DNA of 59,933 nucleotides, filler included, from Jimgerdemannia flammicorona (lineage: Eukaryota): NCBI GenBank assembly GCA_003990765.1. It is 3 parts of 3 records of this genome, joined end to end, with 100 filler letters (N's around TTAATTAATTAA, not from the genome) between each part and the next. Parts side by side here need not be neighbours in the genome. Positions count along the whole stretch, not along the records: positions 20,013 to 39,923 come from RBNJ01001808.1; positions 40,024 to 59,933 come from RBNJ01001809.1; 1 more part is not named here. One strand, written 5' to 3'. The notes beneath the pieces were generated by a model. The model made no database searches. It worked only from the letters and a program-made list of their open reading frames with translations, and was not told where the DNA came from. Positions 36,121-49,000 of this stretch are shown here, piece after piece. The position numbers and the translations under genes were made by a program. Numbering within the stretch: position 1 is the first letter of the stretch; every line of letters starts with the position of its first letter.

Positions 36121-38135
36121 TATGCATGCATTTCTTAGAATTAATGCACATTAGATCTATAAGAATTAGCAACTCAATTCTATATTGATTGATTTTATTG
36201 AGCTGTCAGAATCTCACTTAGGTGAAAATCTTGCTGATGCCTTCTGGAAGTGTATTAAAGACTTTGGTATACAGAAAAGGTATATATTTTTCAAAAAGAG
36301 TATTTTCATACTTTTGGATTATTGTTTAATATTTAAAAATTGTCTTATATTTCGAATTATTTACTCTAGATATTAGCTATAAAAACAGACAATGTAACCA
36401 ACAATAATGTTTTATTTTGAAAAATTCATGAGAAGTTCAATTATATTAGCCTAAACTATCTATCAATATAACATGTACAATATATGGCTCATATCATTAA
36501 TCTGGCTGTTCAGGATTTTTTAATCTATCTGAAGGCTGATCAAGATACTGTTGATATAACTGAGAGCAGAGAAATTTCAAAACTTTGAATGATTGTTATG
36601 AAGATTCAATCATCTTTACTATGTCAAGAGGAATTTATTAAGAAGTGCAAAATATTTGGACTCAAACCAAAAGAACTTATTTTAGATATCAAAACTCGAT
36701 GAAATTCAACATATTTTATGATTGAGCAGGCCTTAAAATTTTCAGATGTAAGTCTTTTATTTATTTTTAAATTCAATTCAAAATTCAATTCAAAATTTAA
36801 TTCAAATAATCTAATAAATTTATTTTCTATAATATAGCCTTTAACTGCAACTGTTATCATAGACAAAGACTTAAGAAAATATGCTATTGGGAGTCATACT
36901 TAGGAAATATTGAAAGACACTGTGTAAATTCTAAAGAGCTTCAAAATAGCAACAGATCTTACTACTTGAAAAAAATATCCAATAATCTATTCTACTGTTC
37001 TGATTTACAATTTCTTACTAGATATATTGGAAGAGCATGATGAGAAGATTTGAAAAACTACCAATGAGTAATCAAATACTATAGGAGAGTAATTGAATAC
37101 TACTGAAGAGCAATTGAATACTATTTATCTAATACTAATGGTAGCTATTGATAAGTTGAAAATATATTATTCAATAATAGATATTTCAACTTATTATATT
37201 AGTACTAATAAGTAAAATTTTGAAACTTGAGAACTATATGATTTTATATTTCAAATTTTACTATTTTAATTTATTTTTCTTCAAATATACTAGTACTTGA
37301 CCCCAGACTTAAACTATCATATTACACATCTCACAAATGGGAGTCTGAATGGGTTGAGGCTGCCAAGAGAGCTGTTTATACAACTTATGATGAAACCTAT
37401 ACCCCTCTCACTGGATCAGTTTATCAAGAATGGTCTAATATTGTAGATACTGAAATTGATGATATTGATGCTACATTATAATAACATATATTCAACAAAA
37501 GACAAAAACTGATAACAAACCCTGAGCACAAGGTGGATATTTATTTGAAAAGTGAAATTGTTGAATATCTGATAAGAATTGATATATTATCTTAGTGGCA
37601 AGTAAGTTGAGACTTTAATTTGAATTATATTTAAATTAAATCATATTTAATTTAAATCAAAATATATAGGGCTATATTGGAGATTTCTCAAATCTAGTAA
37701 AAATAGCATGAAACTATTTAGCTATCCCAGTAAGTGCTCTAATTGAGAGAATCTTTTCTAATGGTAGGAATCTTGTATCACTTAAAAGAGGTGCTTTAAA
37801 ACTGGAAACAATTCAGGAATATATATGTTTAAAGGCATGACAATTAGCCTAGTACTAGCCAACCTCAAAATCTCAAAATATAACTATTTTTATATAATTA
37901 AATTGAAATACTTATCATAAAATCCCTCTGATATGGCACTTTGAAAGCAGGCATTTGAAAGATTAAGATATGGCAGATACTTTAAAAGCAAGTATTTTGA
38001 AAGCTTAAGATATGGCTAGCACTTTGAAAGTAGGCAATTCAAAAGCTTAAGATATAATGGATGTGGGTGCTTTGAAAGCACAAATGCTTTGTAAAAGTGG
38101 GCACTTCAAAAGTTTAAGATATGGTGGATACTCTA
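36121..38135 (+). mobile_element. hAT-superfamily DNA transposon, 3' part: spliced transposase pseudogene, subterminal repeats, right TIR
   Basis: Motifs AFL(G)INAH(W)I, LIDF..L.ESH.GENLA, TDNVTNN, AHIINLAVQ, TR(W)NST, LDPRLK and dimerisation region (W)W...YLAIP..ERIFS. Imperfect ~40-bp repeats at 37930-38125; terminus GGATACTCTA. Confidence 0.9.
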
Positions 38136-39264
38136 ATATAAAATATATAAATAAGTACTTCTGATATAAAAATTTCTATAAAAAAAAAAAAAAAAAAAAA
38201 AAGTCCTCTTTCTCTCCCTATATCAATCTTCATATACTTATTAAAGATCTTACCAGAGCATTGCAGAAAATGAATTAGAGAATCTATAAAGTCTCTAGCC
38301 AGCTCAATGAAGGAAATAAGTCTAGAGTTGAATGTAAGAAAATAAGAATGAAGATTACTGAGGTGATTCAAGAATTCAATCTAAATATAGATGAAGCATT
38401 CAAGGCTGAACCCACTGCTACCACTATTGATCTAGACATAGATGAAGTATTTGAGGCCAAACTCATTACTACTGCTACTACTGCTCCAAATACTGCTACT
38501 ACTATCACTACTACTACTATAGCCCCCAATGCTACTATAGTCCCCAATGCTGCTATAGCCCCTAATGCTGCCATAGTCAATACTGTCACTGCTGTAGCCC
38601 CCAATACTGCTGCTGCTATAGCCCTAACACTACTACCCCCAATACTACTGTCATTGACATTTCAGACTCAGACATTGAAGTGAAGGACAATATGCTTGTC
38701 AATGCTACCACCATTGAGATTTCAGATTCAGACATTAAAGTGGAGGTCAATAATATATTTGAAATTTCTGACAATGATACTCCAGATATTGTAATTTCAA
38801 GTGATGAGGAGGTTCTAGTTCCAAAAAGAGGTTATCCACATACTAGTTGCTACAATTATAGGCAATATGGAAAGAAATGTGGTATGATACCTCAAATATG
38901 TCAGAAGATCAACCCCTTGACTCCAAATCTATCTCTCCAAAAAAGAGTATACAATAATACTCATCAGGCAGCAGTAGCTAGATATAAGAGAAATTGTTGA
39001 TAGTTTGTATCATTAATAGCCTAGCCTGTGTTGTAATTAATAAAATTTTTATAACATCATTATTCAAATAAAGCCTCCATTTGATTCAACTCTAATCAAA
39101 TCAAAGCTCTATTCAATTCGACCCTAATCGAATCAAGACTCTATTCAATTCAACTTCCATTTAATTCGACTTCCATTTAACTTGAAAAAATTCCAATTTG
39201 ATTCAACTTTTCAGATCTCCCATTTGATTCGACTTGATTTCATTTGATTTGTTTGCAAGTACTA
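38136..39264 (+). mobile_element. Right end of another DNA transposon-like element with ORF remnant and ATTCG/ATTCA subterminal pentamers
   Basis: Pentamer array 39060-39255 ends in GCAAGTACTA, a TAGT-type terminus like the MITE at 56894. ORF remnant 38348-39000 has 18-bp APNAAI repeats. Confidence 0.5.
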
Positions 39265-39639
39265 CTTGGAAGCATTGCCAAACCAATTTCCTAGATATCC
39301 CAAACCTTATAGAGAAAAGGTCTTACAAATCAGATATTAGGTATACTTTCACTATAGCCAATAAATGTATTAAGAAAGTACATAATGACCAACTGAGGTA
39401 AGAAGTCATAAGAGCAATAGAAAACTGTGTGAAAATTATAGAACATTCATCATACTACACCAGCTTCAAGATAAATGCCAAAGTGTGGAATAAGTAAGAT
39501 TATTTAGATAGAATTACTATAATAGATGAATATGAAAAACTGCTGGTCATATTTGAACAAGTATTGGTGAAGAATAACAAAACACTTTATATGCAACTGA
39601 TGGATGGCAGACTTGTGTATTTTGTTGAGGAGGGTAGTG

Positions 39640-39923
39640 GTGGAGGAGATGGAGAGGTGGGAGAGGTCAGTACTGGTGGAGGGATTGGTGCTAGTGGAGA
39701 GATTGGTGGAGAGGTTGGTGTGGGGGAGGTCAGTGTGGGAGAGGTCAGTATGGGGGAGATCAGTGTGGAGGAAAATGGGGAGATTGGTGTGGGGGAGGTT
39801 GACATGGAGAAACATGGGAGGTTGGCACAAGAGAGGTTGGCACAGAGGAATATAAGGAGGTCAGTGTTAGGGAGATTGGTATGGAGGAACATGGAGAGGT
39901 TGGCATGGAGGAGGTTGGTATAG
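39640..39923. repeat. 15-bp minisatellite (GGAGAGGTTGGTGTG-like; GEVGV peptide)
   Basis: Imperfect tandem copies up to the contig end. Confidence 0.85.
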
Positions 39924-40023
39924 NNNNNNNNNNNNNNNNNNNNNNNNNNNNNNNNNNNNNNNNNNNNTTAATTAATTAANNNNNNNNNNNNNNNNNNNNN
40001 NNNNNNNNNNNNNNNNNNNNNNN
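39924..40023. other. Artificial contig linker N44-TTAATTAATTAA-N44
   Basis: Same 100-bp structure as 19913-20012. Confidence 0.97.
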
Positions 40024-43000
40024 CTCTCCTCTTCTCCAGAGAGTTACCAATCCCCCAGTGACCCCAATCCTCCCCCTACTCTTCTTGAAAATATATTCCA
40101 TAAGTCTCCTACAGATTCCCCCTCTAGGTCTCCACCTCTACCACCAACCATTCAGAATGTCCAGTAACAACCACTCTTATTATTCAACCTGTACCCCAAG
40201 TACCAAGTACTGACCATCCTCAAATACAAAAAGCCAATATCTGGCTAGTCTAACCCAAATGGCCAGAGCCTATCCAAAAGTCAACCACTCATCCCCAACT
40301 CCTTCCACCAGCCTATACCATAGATCATCCCACCTCCTACCCTCCACTCTCTCCAAAGGTTGCAATCCTATTTAGTCCTCAATAGCTCTCTAGAAATCTC
40401 TCAAAACCTTGTACTCCCCCAGCCAATGCTCAGGGGTCTGTACTATATCCTTCTTCTGTCCAATATTAAGACACTTCTTATACTCCAGAATACCTCTTTC
40501 TATCAAATATCCTGACCAGTAGTTCAGCATCACATTGTACTGTAGTAGCCTCTACCATACTATCCAAAACTTGGGAGAGAGCCATCTCACCACCTCCTTG
40601 CACCAAGGCCAGACACTATTTCATTCCCACTCCTCACTGATCTCTATCTCCTACCATACCTCTGACCACAAATCTCTCCCATGCTTCTGCAGATACTCTA
40701 TGCCATCTTTTAGCTAAAATTTATCTACTGAGGTATCTCTCAACAGTAGACAGTCCCATCTCTACATTCAGGTCCCCATTTCTCCTTCACCTCATCACCT
40801 CTCTACTAGAGACCAATACAGTGAGCACCATTTACCACTTCCTATCAGAATCCTCTATAGCACATCTTCCTACTCTCTTCAAGAGCCACCAGATCTAGCA
40901 AGTCACCAGTTATATCCCAGGGGGAGTACCAAGTCTCCCACATCTACTGCATAAGAGGTACTAACTCTTATTTCTGTAATTCACTTGCTCACTTCAGCCA
41001 CCATGCCCTCAAGCACTATAGGTACTTGGTGAAGTCCACCAGATCCAGCCCTCCTCTATTTACTGGCATTATCAACACCTCCCAGCCAATCTGGCTATGC
41101 CACCCTGCCCAGATCTATGACCTGGCTATCTTCAACAGTCTCTTGATCACCTATACCAGAAAGTCCAAGTGATACCCTAAATACCAAAGCTTAGGCAGCT
41201 AGTACATATTCTGCACTATCACTCTCCCTGCCAGGGAGATATAACAGTCTTCTCACCTCAAGAGAATATCTCCCTATATGAGTAGCTACTGCTCCCACTA
41301 ACTACAAGATAGCAGAGAGCTATATATCAAAAAATAAATTCCCAGATAGTAGACTGCTTCTCCAGCTAAGATCACCATTCTGATCACATCACTGCCAACT
41401 ATTCCTCTACCTAGGATGAGAGTCTTGCACTTATGTCAATTCAGTCTAGAATCTAAGCACTCCTCATACTATTCTACTGTATTCTTCAATACTGCCACAT
41501 CTTCCATAGAGTCCAGTCCAACCACCATATTATCAGCAAAGGCCCCAATCTTCCAGTTTACTCTCAAAATGTCCAAACCCCCAACTCTATATCTTATCTT
41601 GTCTAACAGGGGCTCCATGAGAGAGTTTAGTGAATTGGTGACAGAGGATCTTCTTGTAGCACTCCTCTGCCTAGGGAGAAGGACTCTTCCCTATGCTTGT
41701 TCACCATAATAGCTGTCTGAATCCTCTTTAACAGACCTATCAATGATCTTCTGAACCCTGGGGGGGCCCTCATTTGCTTCAATACCCCCTCTAACCATAT
41801 ATACCAAACTCTTTTTTTTTTTTTTTTTTATAGTCGCTTGGACTCCTTTATTCTACTAGTCTATATGAATTAAACCACAAAGTTATTCCACCAACTACCT
41901 ATCCCATACTATCTGGGCAAAATAAACCTAACAGGTCCTATCAACCCACCCTAATTTTTCACTACACCCCACCCTCACCTAGTATCAAATGACCCTAACT
42001 CTCTATTACAATGTCTTATACCTTCTTTACTGCCCCCAACTCCTGCTGCCTCCCCTGGTACCACCAACACTGTACTACTTCTTGCACCAGCCAATGCCAT
42101 TACTCCACCAGGTCCCCAATTCCCATCCAACATTTGCCTTCAAAGACCCATTGCCAGTATATTGCCAATAAGACCCACACTCCCAAAATCCGCCCAACAC
42201 CTCCTCAAATGTCCCCAACATCCCCCACCAGTCTCCTCTAGGTGACAATACTGACAGACTCTCCTGGCCTCCTTTGATCAGAACCCAATGTTTCTCCAGC
42301 ATCTGCCAATAACCCTCCACCCTTGGACAGGCCTCTATGACATGCTCTAGGGTCTGAACCACTTCTCCAGAGATCTCAACACACCATTCACAATCCCTGC
42401 ATCCATTGACCACCATCTATCCTGTCCAATAGTTCAACATGACATTCCTCCTCAGGAACCTCCACCAAACTACCCAATATTGAGGAGGCACTACCTTATT
42501 CAAAGCAGCCACCCATCTCCAAATTCTACCCCATTCCCACATCTCACCAATACCAGCTGTCTGCCATCCTACTGGCCACCACTCAAGAGGGCCTAATCAG
42601 GCCCATTCCATCACCTCAACCAGAGAATAGTTCTTCAGCTCCTTCCCTCCTACCCTTAGTAGTCGAAGTTATCACCACCACTGCTCAGAGTCTGCCCTCT
42701 CCTCTATTGCCTCCACCTCTGACCCCATTAGGCCCATTGTAAGCCAGGCCTCAATGATGCCCCACCAGAACCCTTTGAACCTCATCCTCCCCACGGATCC
42801 AACCTGAAGTAGCCCTCACAAATCCTTCCTCTCTGCACTCTGGGGGCAGAATCTGATCTCCCAATTGTCCATCACTAATCTGCCCCAGCTTTCTTCCCCT
42901 AACTCTACTAGTTGTCAACCCCACCAGCCCCTAAGTGCCTTCAACCTTTGCTGAAAGTCCACCAACCCCAAACCACTATCAATAATTGGCAGCACCAATG

Positions 43001-46000
43001 CTTCCCATCCAATCTGTGGCTGTCTACCCCTCCAGAGCCACCCTTCAATAGCCTTTTTGAGACACCATACCACCCAGCCAGAGAAATCAAGGTGATAACT
43101 CAGATACCACAGCTTCAGCAGCCAGTACACATTCAGGACCACCACCCTTCCCACCAGAGAAAAGTTTTGACCAGCCCAGCCTGTCAGCACACCTTCTCAT
43201 TTTTGTACCATGGAACTCCACCACTCTCTTGACAAAATGGTCCCAAATGCTGAGAACCATATCCCTAAGTACCATACTGCCTCTCCCTTAGGCACTACTC
43301 ATCCAAACCCTGCTACCCCTAAGCCTGTACCAAGCTCTAAGGTTTCACACTTTCCCCAATTCAACTTTGTACCTGCCAACCCCTCATATTGTTCTATTCC
43401 ATCTCTTAAAACATCTACATCCACTATGCTGCCAAGCCCCACCACCATGTCATCTGCAAAGGCCCCCAGCTTCCATACCACCTCATCTATACACAATCCA
43501 TTCAGCCATCCTCTTAGCCAGGCCAGCACCAGTTCTAGCAAGAGGATATAAAGGAGTGGAGAAAGAGAGTCTCCTTGTGGAACCCCTCTTCCTAAGGCAA
43601 ACTCCGGACTGCTCTAGCCATTCATCAGCACTGCCCCTTGACAGCCTTGCACCAGCCCCATCAATCTTCCAACCTCTCTAAGATCAAATCCTACTTTCTG
43701 GAGTATCACCTCTAGGTACTGCCACCATACCCTATCATAAGCCTTCTCTTGATTCAAGAAGACCATCCTCCCATTGATCTGCCGACTCCTACAGTCTTCC
43801 AAAACATTTTGCACCCAGACAGTTCTGTCCCTAATCTGCCAACCCTTCACAAAGCCCCTCTGCTCCTCCCCTACTAGTCTTCCAATCCACTGCTGCAATC
43901 TCCCTGCCAAGATTTTGAAGACTAGCTTCCTGTCCACATTCAACAGCATGATCAGCTATCAGTTATGCCACTCACTCCTGTCACCATTCTCCTTATACAG
44001 CAAAGACACCAGACCTAAGCTTTCATTCCCAATCCACCATCCTTCTTCCAGCACAAAATTAACCATTTTAACAAGTTAAGCCCCAAATTCCACCTGAAAC
44101 TCCTTCCAAAACTCCCAAGGGAGTCCATCCTTCCCTGGTGATGAACCACTTGGCACCTTCTGCAGAACCTTCAACACCTCCTCTAAAGACACTCTGCCTA
44201 ATACTAAAGCTCCTATCTCAGGTAGTAGCACCACTGGTCAGTTATGTACAAGAGGCACCTCTACAATATCCCCTACTCCAGCACCCCCTCCCATATCATC
44301 ATCACTCCAGAGGGTCTGCCATTGTCCCAAAATCTCCTCTAACATATCTGCCACACTGGTAACCTCAACACCATCTTCTCACAAAACTGAAGATCCCAGC
44401 TATGTCGAACATTTCTTGTCTTCAAGACACCAGATAAGTACTTAGTCAGCCATTCACTCTCTTTCAGTTGTCTAGCCCTTAGGTGTGCCAGGAGTCCATC
44501 CACAACTCTATCCTTGGCCTTTCTCAAAGTTGCCTGTAAGTTGACTACCTCTCTAGTGAGTTGACACTTCTTCTCTTCTGCTAGTGAACTATCCTCCAAT
44601 AACTTCAGTCACCACCACAAACCCCTTTCAACTCTCCTTTTCTTTTCCTTTTGCTCCTTTCCTGCCACCTCCCCAGTGTCTCTCCAATATGCGCCAGCAA
44701 GGTGTTTGAATCTGCCCCACCAATCAGCAATAGATAGACCACCAGCCACCCATTGCTCTACTTCCTGTTAGGCCAAGTATACGAATTGCTCTTATTCCAC
44801 CAGATGCCAGAGCAGAGCTACATTAAGATGCCAGCATCCACCTCCCCCATTAATAGCCTAGAATCTTCCACTCACCTCAACTCCCCAATGGTCTGACCAT
44901 GGGCACCACCATATCCTGACTGTGTTGAAAACATTACTCTAATGTTCAGCTACCAGTATCCAATCAATCCTCATACCAACCATCCCATTGTCTATAGAAT
45001 ACCACCTGGTAAAGGGGCCTGGCTCATCTCCCACCCTCGATCATATACTATCCATCAATCTCATGCCCTTTTCCACCTGAAACCACTGAGACAGCCCTGG
45101 AGAAACCACTACACCAGTCCCACCATCAGACTGATCTAGCGCACAGTCCCTAACCATATTAAAATCACCCCTCAAAATGTCCAACCCTAGAGCCGCCCAA
45201 TCCTCCCAAGCTAGCCACTCCTCCACCCATTGCTTTTGCTCTCTACCAACTGCCAGCAGATACACAGTGCCCACCAAGAGTCCATCTCCTTTTCTGCCCT
45301 TCAGCCTTCCCCATACCAGTCGATCACCAAAACTTTCCACATCAACTAACTCCCCCTTTCCAACCTCAACCAAAATACCAACATGCTTACTCCAACCAGT
45401 ATCTCCAAACCATTCCTTACTCTATGACTCATAGTCCTCCTCACCATAGGCCCGAATATCTTAAAGAAACACCACATCATACCTCCAGACTTTCAACCAT
45501 TGAAAGAGATGCTGCTGCTTCACACCATCTCACAAACCATTGACATTGATAGACAGAATTCATAGGTTGTACTTCATCATGGAAAATTTGGAGTTTAGAT
45601 ATCAGCTGCCACTGCCACCACCTTCTCAGCTCGGCCCTTAATGATATTGCAACACTCTTTACAGATTGTTCACCAAATTCTCTCACCATTGATACTGCCA
45701 CATGAGAAGTCTACTCACTTGGATGCCACCTTACAGATATCTGCCATTCAGTCATCATCCATCTCATACCCTTCATCCTCCAGAAGGGCTGTCACCATTG
45801 CTGTCACCAGCTTTGGTCCCTGCAATTCTACCTTGAGAAATCCTTCCCATGCCTCTGGAGAACCCTGAAAAACATCCACTTCCTTAATGTCATCCTCTGC
45901 CAGTTCCTCCAGAACCACCTGGAACCAGCCATCTGCCACCATCACTAATAGCCCTGGAGTTGCAGGCCTGGGAGTCCTGTACAGCTTCTGAAGCAATTTT

Positions 46001-49000
46001 CTGTCCGCAGATACATCTGAAGTGACATCCACCAGCTCATCCTCTTTAGAGACCTTATCCAACCTCACCACCTCCCCTGCTTCTGGACATTCCCAGTGCA
46101 CATTCACTGACCTAGCCATTACCATGTCTTCCATCTGAGTTTCTGGAACCACCTCAACATTTTCTTCAAAGCCCGCTCCTCACTCTTTCTCACCATCTGC
46201 CCACCTCCCTGTCACAGGTGCATGTACAGATTCTTCCACTCCCCCCAGCTGTGAGAAGGACACCTCAGCCACCTCTACCCCTTTCATTTAATTCCTGTCA
46301 GTGCTACCCTTTCAACCTCCTCCTCTGCAGATGCTTGCAGTACTGCCTGCAGCTGCTCCCAGTTTGTCTTATGCCAATGCTTCCTCTTGCCATCCATCTC
46401 AATCCAGATTCAATCTTTAGCAAATTCCTCCCATTTTCTTTTCCACAAAGCCTTTACCTCATCATGCTCCTCAAGGGCTATCAGCAGCTCCTCCTCTTCC
46501 TGCTCAGAGCCTTTCCTCCTCCAGACCCAACAATCCTGCTCCCCAACATGAATGACCTCTGACCAGTCTTGCCCCAGGCCTGTTGCCTCCTTGCCCTCCA
46601 ACCACACCATTACCTCACAATTGCCATTCCTCAACTTCATGCTATCCCAAAACATAAACCTGAAATCCACCATCTCACCAAAGCCTTCCAGAGCCTTGGT
46701 GATCACCATCTTAGTCTCCTGCCTGCTCAGCATCAGCAGTCCCTCCACCACCAACCTCACTGCATGTGGGTCTCATCTCAGACACCTCGCTATCTCCACC
46801 TTAACATTCTTGACTATCAACCCCTTCTCCAAGGCCTTCACCATAGTCTCCTCCTCAACAAATCCGACCTCTACTGCCTCTGCTGAGGGGATAAACCTCA
46901 GTAACTCAGCCCCTGCAACCTCCTCACCCACTAGTCATATAACTTCCTTGGCCAACAGACCAAGGTCCAAGAAGTTGGCAAAGACTGCCCATGACAATAC
47001 CAACTTATAGAAGAATGGTCATACCACCAGCTCTCCAGTTCCTGCTACCAGAGTTGCCTTATTCTTGCTACCAGATATACCAGCTACTATCTCACTAGGA
47101 GCTACTGTGCCACCAGCAGTCCCACCCCCAGCCACCAGCCCAGCCCCAGGAAAGCCAGTCCCAGCCATCACACCCCCAGACCCCTGACCCCTGCTAGGTC
47201 CCTGGTCAGTCAGCTGATCAGTCACCTGACATCCACCCCTATCAACACTATGCCCCTGCTGCCCCCTAACTGTAGGCCTAGTGGCTGCCCACTTACTCCC
47301 CACCACCATGCACCAACCATTCAATCTTACCACTGGTCCATGACCTCCAGCCTGCCCTCAAGCTCCACTTTGACCAGCTGCTGCTGCAAAACTCTTAGGG
47401 AGGCCCAGGCCAGGCCTCCTCCTCTCTAGGCACTCTAAGTTTGATGAGCCTTGGGTCACCATATCACAAAAACTTGACAGATTTGACGAAACTTGTTGGG
47501 AATTGTTGTCAGACTTCTGCCGCATCTTACACACCAGTATAAACGAAGTGTAAACTTGAAAACATATTGCTTTTCACAAAAAGATATCCGTGTGGCTTAG
47601 CTCACTCCAAATGGTTTGAGCAAAAGAAGTCTATATATACTAAACTCTGTCATAAGCCTTCTCTTGGTCCAGAAAGACTAGTTAACCATTGACTCCAGTT
47701 GTACAAGTATTCTCAATCATACCATAAACCTATACTGTTCTATCACAGATCAAATGACTTTTAACAAAACTCCTCTATTCATCTCCTAATATCTGCTGAG
47801 TCACTCCTTACGGCCTGACCACTAAAATCTTTGTCACCAACTTGCGATCCATATTCAAAAGCATAATTGGCCTCTAGTTCTCTAGTCCTCCCTTCTTCTC
47901 TTATTCTTATATAACAGAGCTACAAGCCCTAGATACTGTCCCCCAATCCAGGACCCTGAGCCAATGATATCATCATACATCAATACCATCTCTATTAGCA
48001 CAACCTCAACTCCAGTCATCTTCTTCCAAAAATCTCTAAACAATCTATTCTCCTATGGAGCTGTTCCTATACTCATCATTACCAAAACCTGACACACTTT
48101 CTTGTCTTACACAGAGGCTCTAAGTTCATCTAGGCTCATAGCTAAATTAGGGGCCAATCTTCCAACTGCCTTTCAATGTCAATAGTATCATCACCACTCT
48201 CTTCCTCACTTCACAGTTGCCTCCAGTAATATTTCAGTAGGTCCAAGATCTCTGTCATCCTAGTTACCATATCCTCTGCCTTGTCCAATACTTCTTCCCA
48301 CTGCTGTCTCATTCTCCTAGCCTCTATCAATCTTGATAAAAACTTTGTTGACTTCTCCCCTTCCTCTAGACCCAGTTACTATAGCCTTGCTACCAATCTC
48401 TTCATCTACAGTTCCTCCTTCTGTCTAAGCTGCCCCTTCAGGTCTTCCACCTCTCTCTGGATCCTTTGTATCCTCCAATCCCCTTCCTTGTAGTCTGCCA
48501 AAGACCCAGCCCACCTCTCCAGTAATTGTTCCAACCTCCTTAAAGCCCACCTAATATGACCTCTCTGCTGAGCTCTCCTCTCTCTCTCAGTCTTACCCCA
48601 GTATCACTAAGTATCAGATTTCAACTACTGCTAATAATTCCTGATCTCTAACCCCTGTGCCCTCTAGGCAATAATCCTAGTGCTAATATCTACCACCCAT
48701 TCTTCCTATAAGGTGGGGTCCCCCAGCAGTGAGGCATTCAGGTGCTAATATCTAGGCCCCTCTCTCCTACCCCCAAACCTCCCTCTGCCCAACAATCCCC
48801 AGTGGTCAGACCAAGGACACCAGACCATCTCCATCTTGCTCCAGACATCTGCACCAAAGCACTCAGCCATCAATACCCAGTCAATCCTCAATCTCAACTC
48901 TACCACTCAGTGAGTATAGACCTAATGATCTCTCTATCCAAGTCATCCTGTGTCTATCAAAGAGTTCAGTCTCTCAAACTCCTTCCAATCTTCCATCTCT

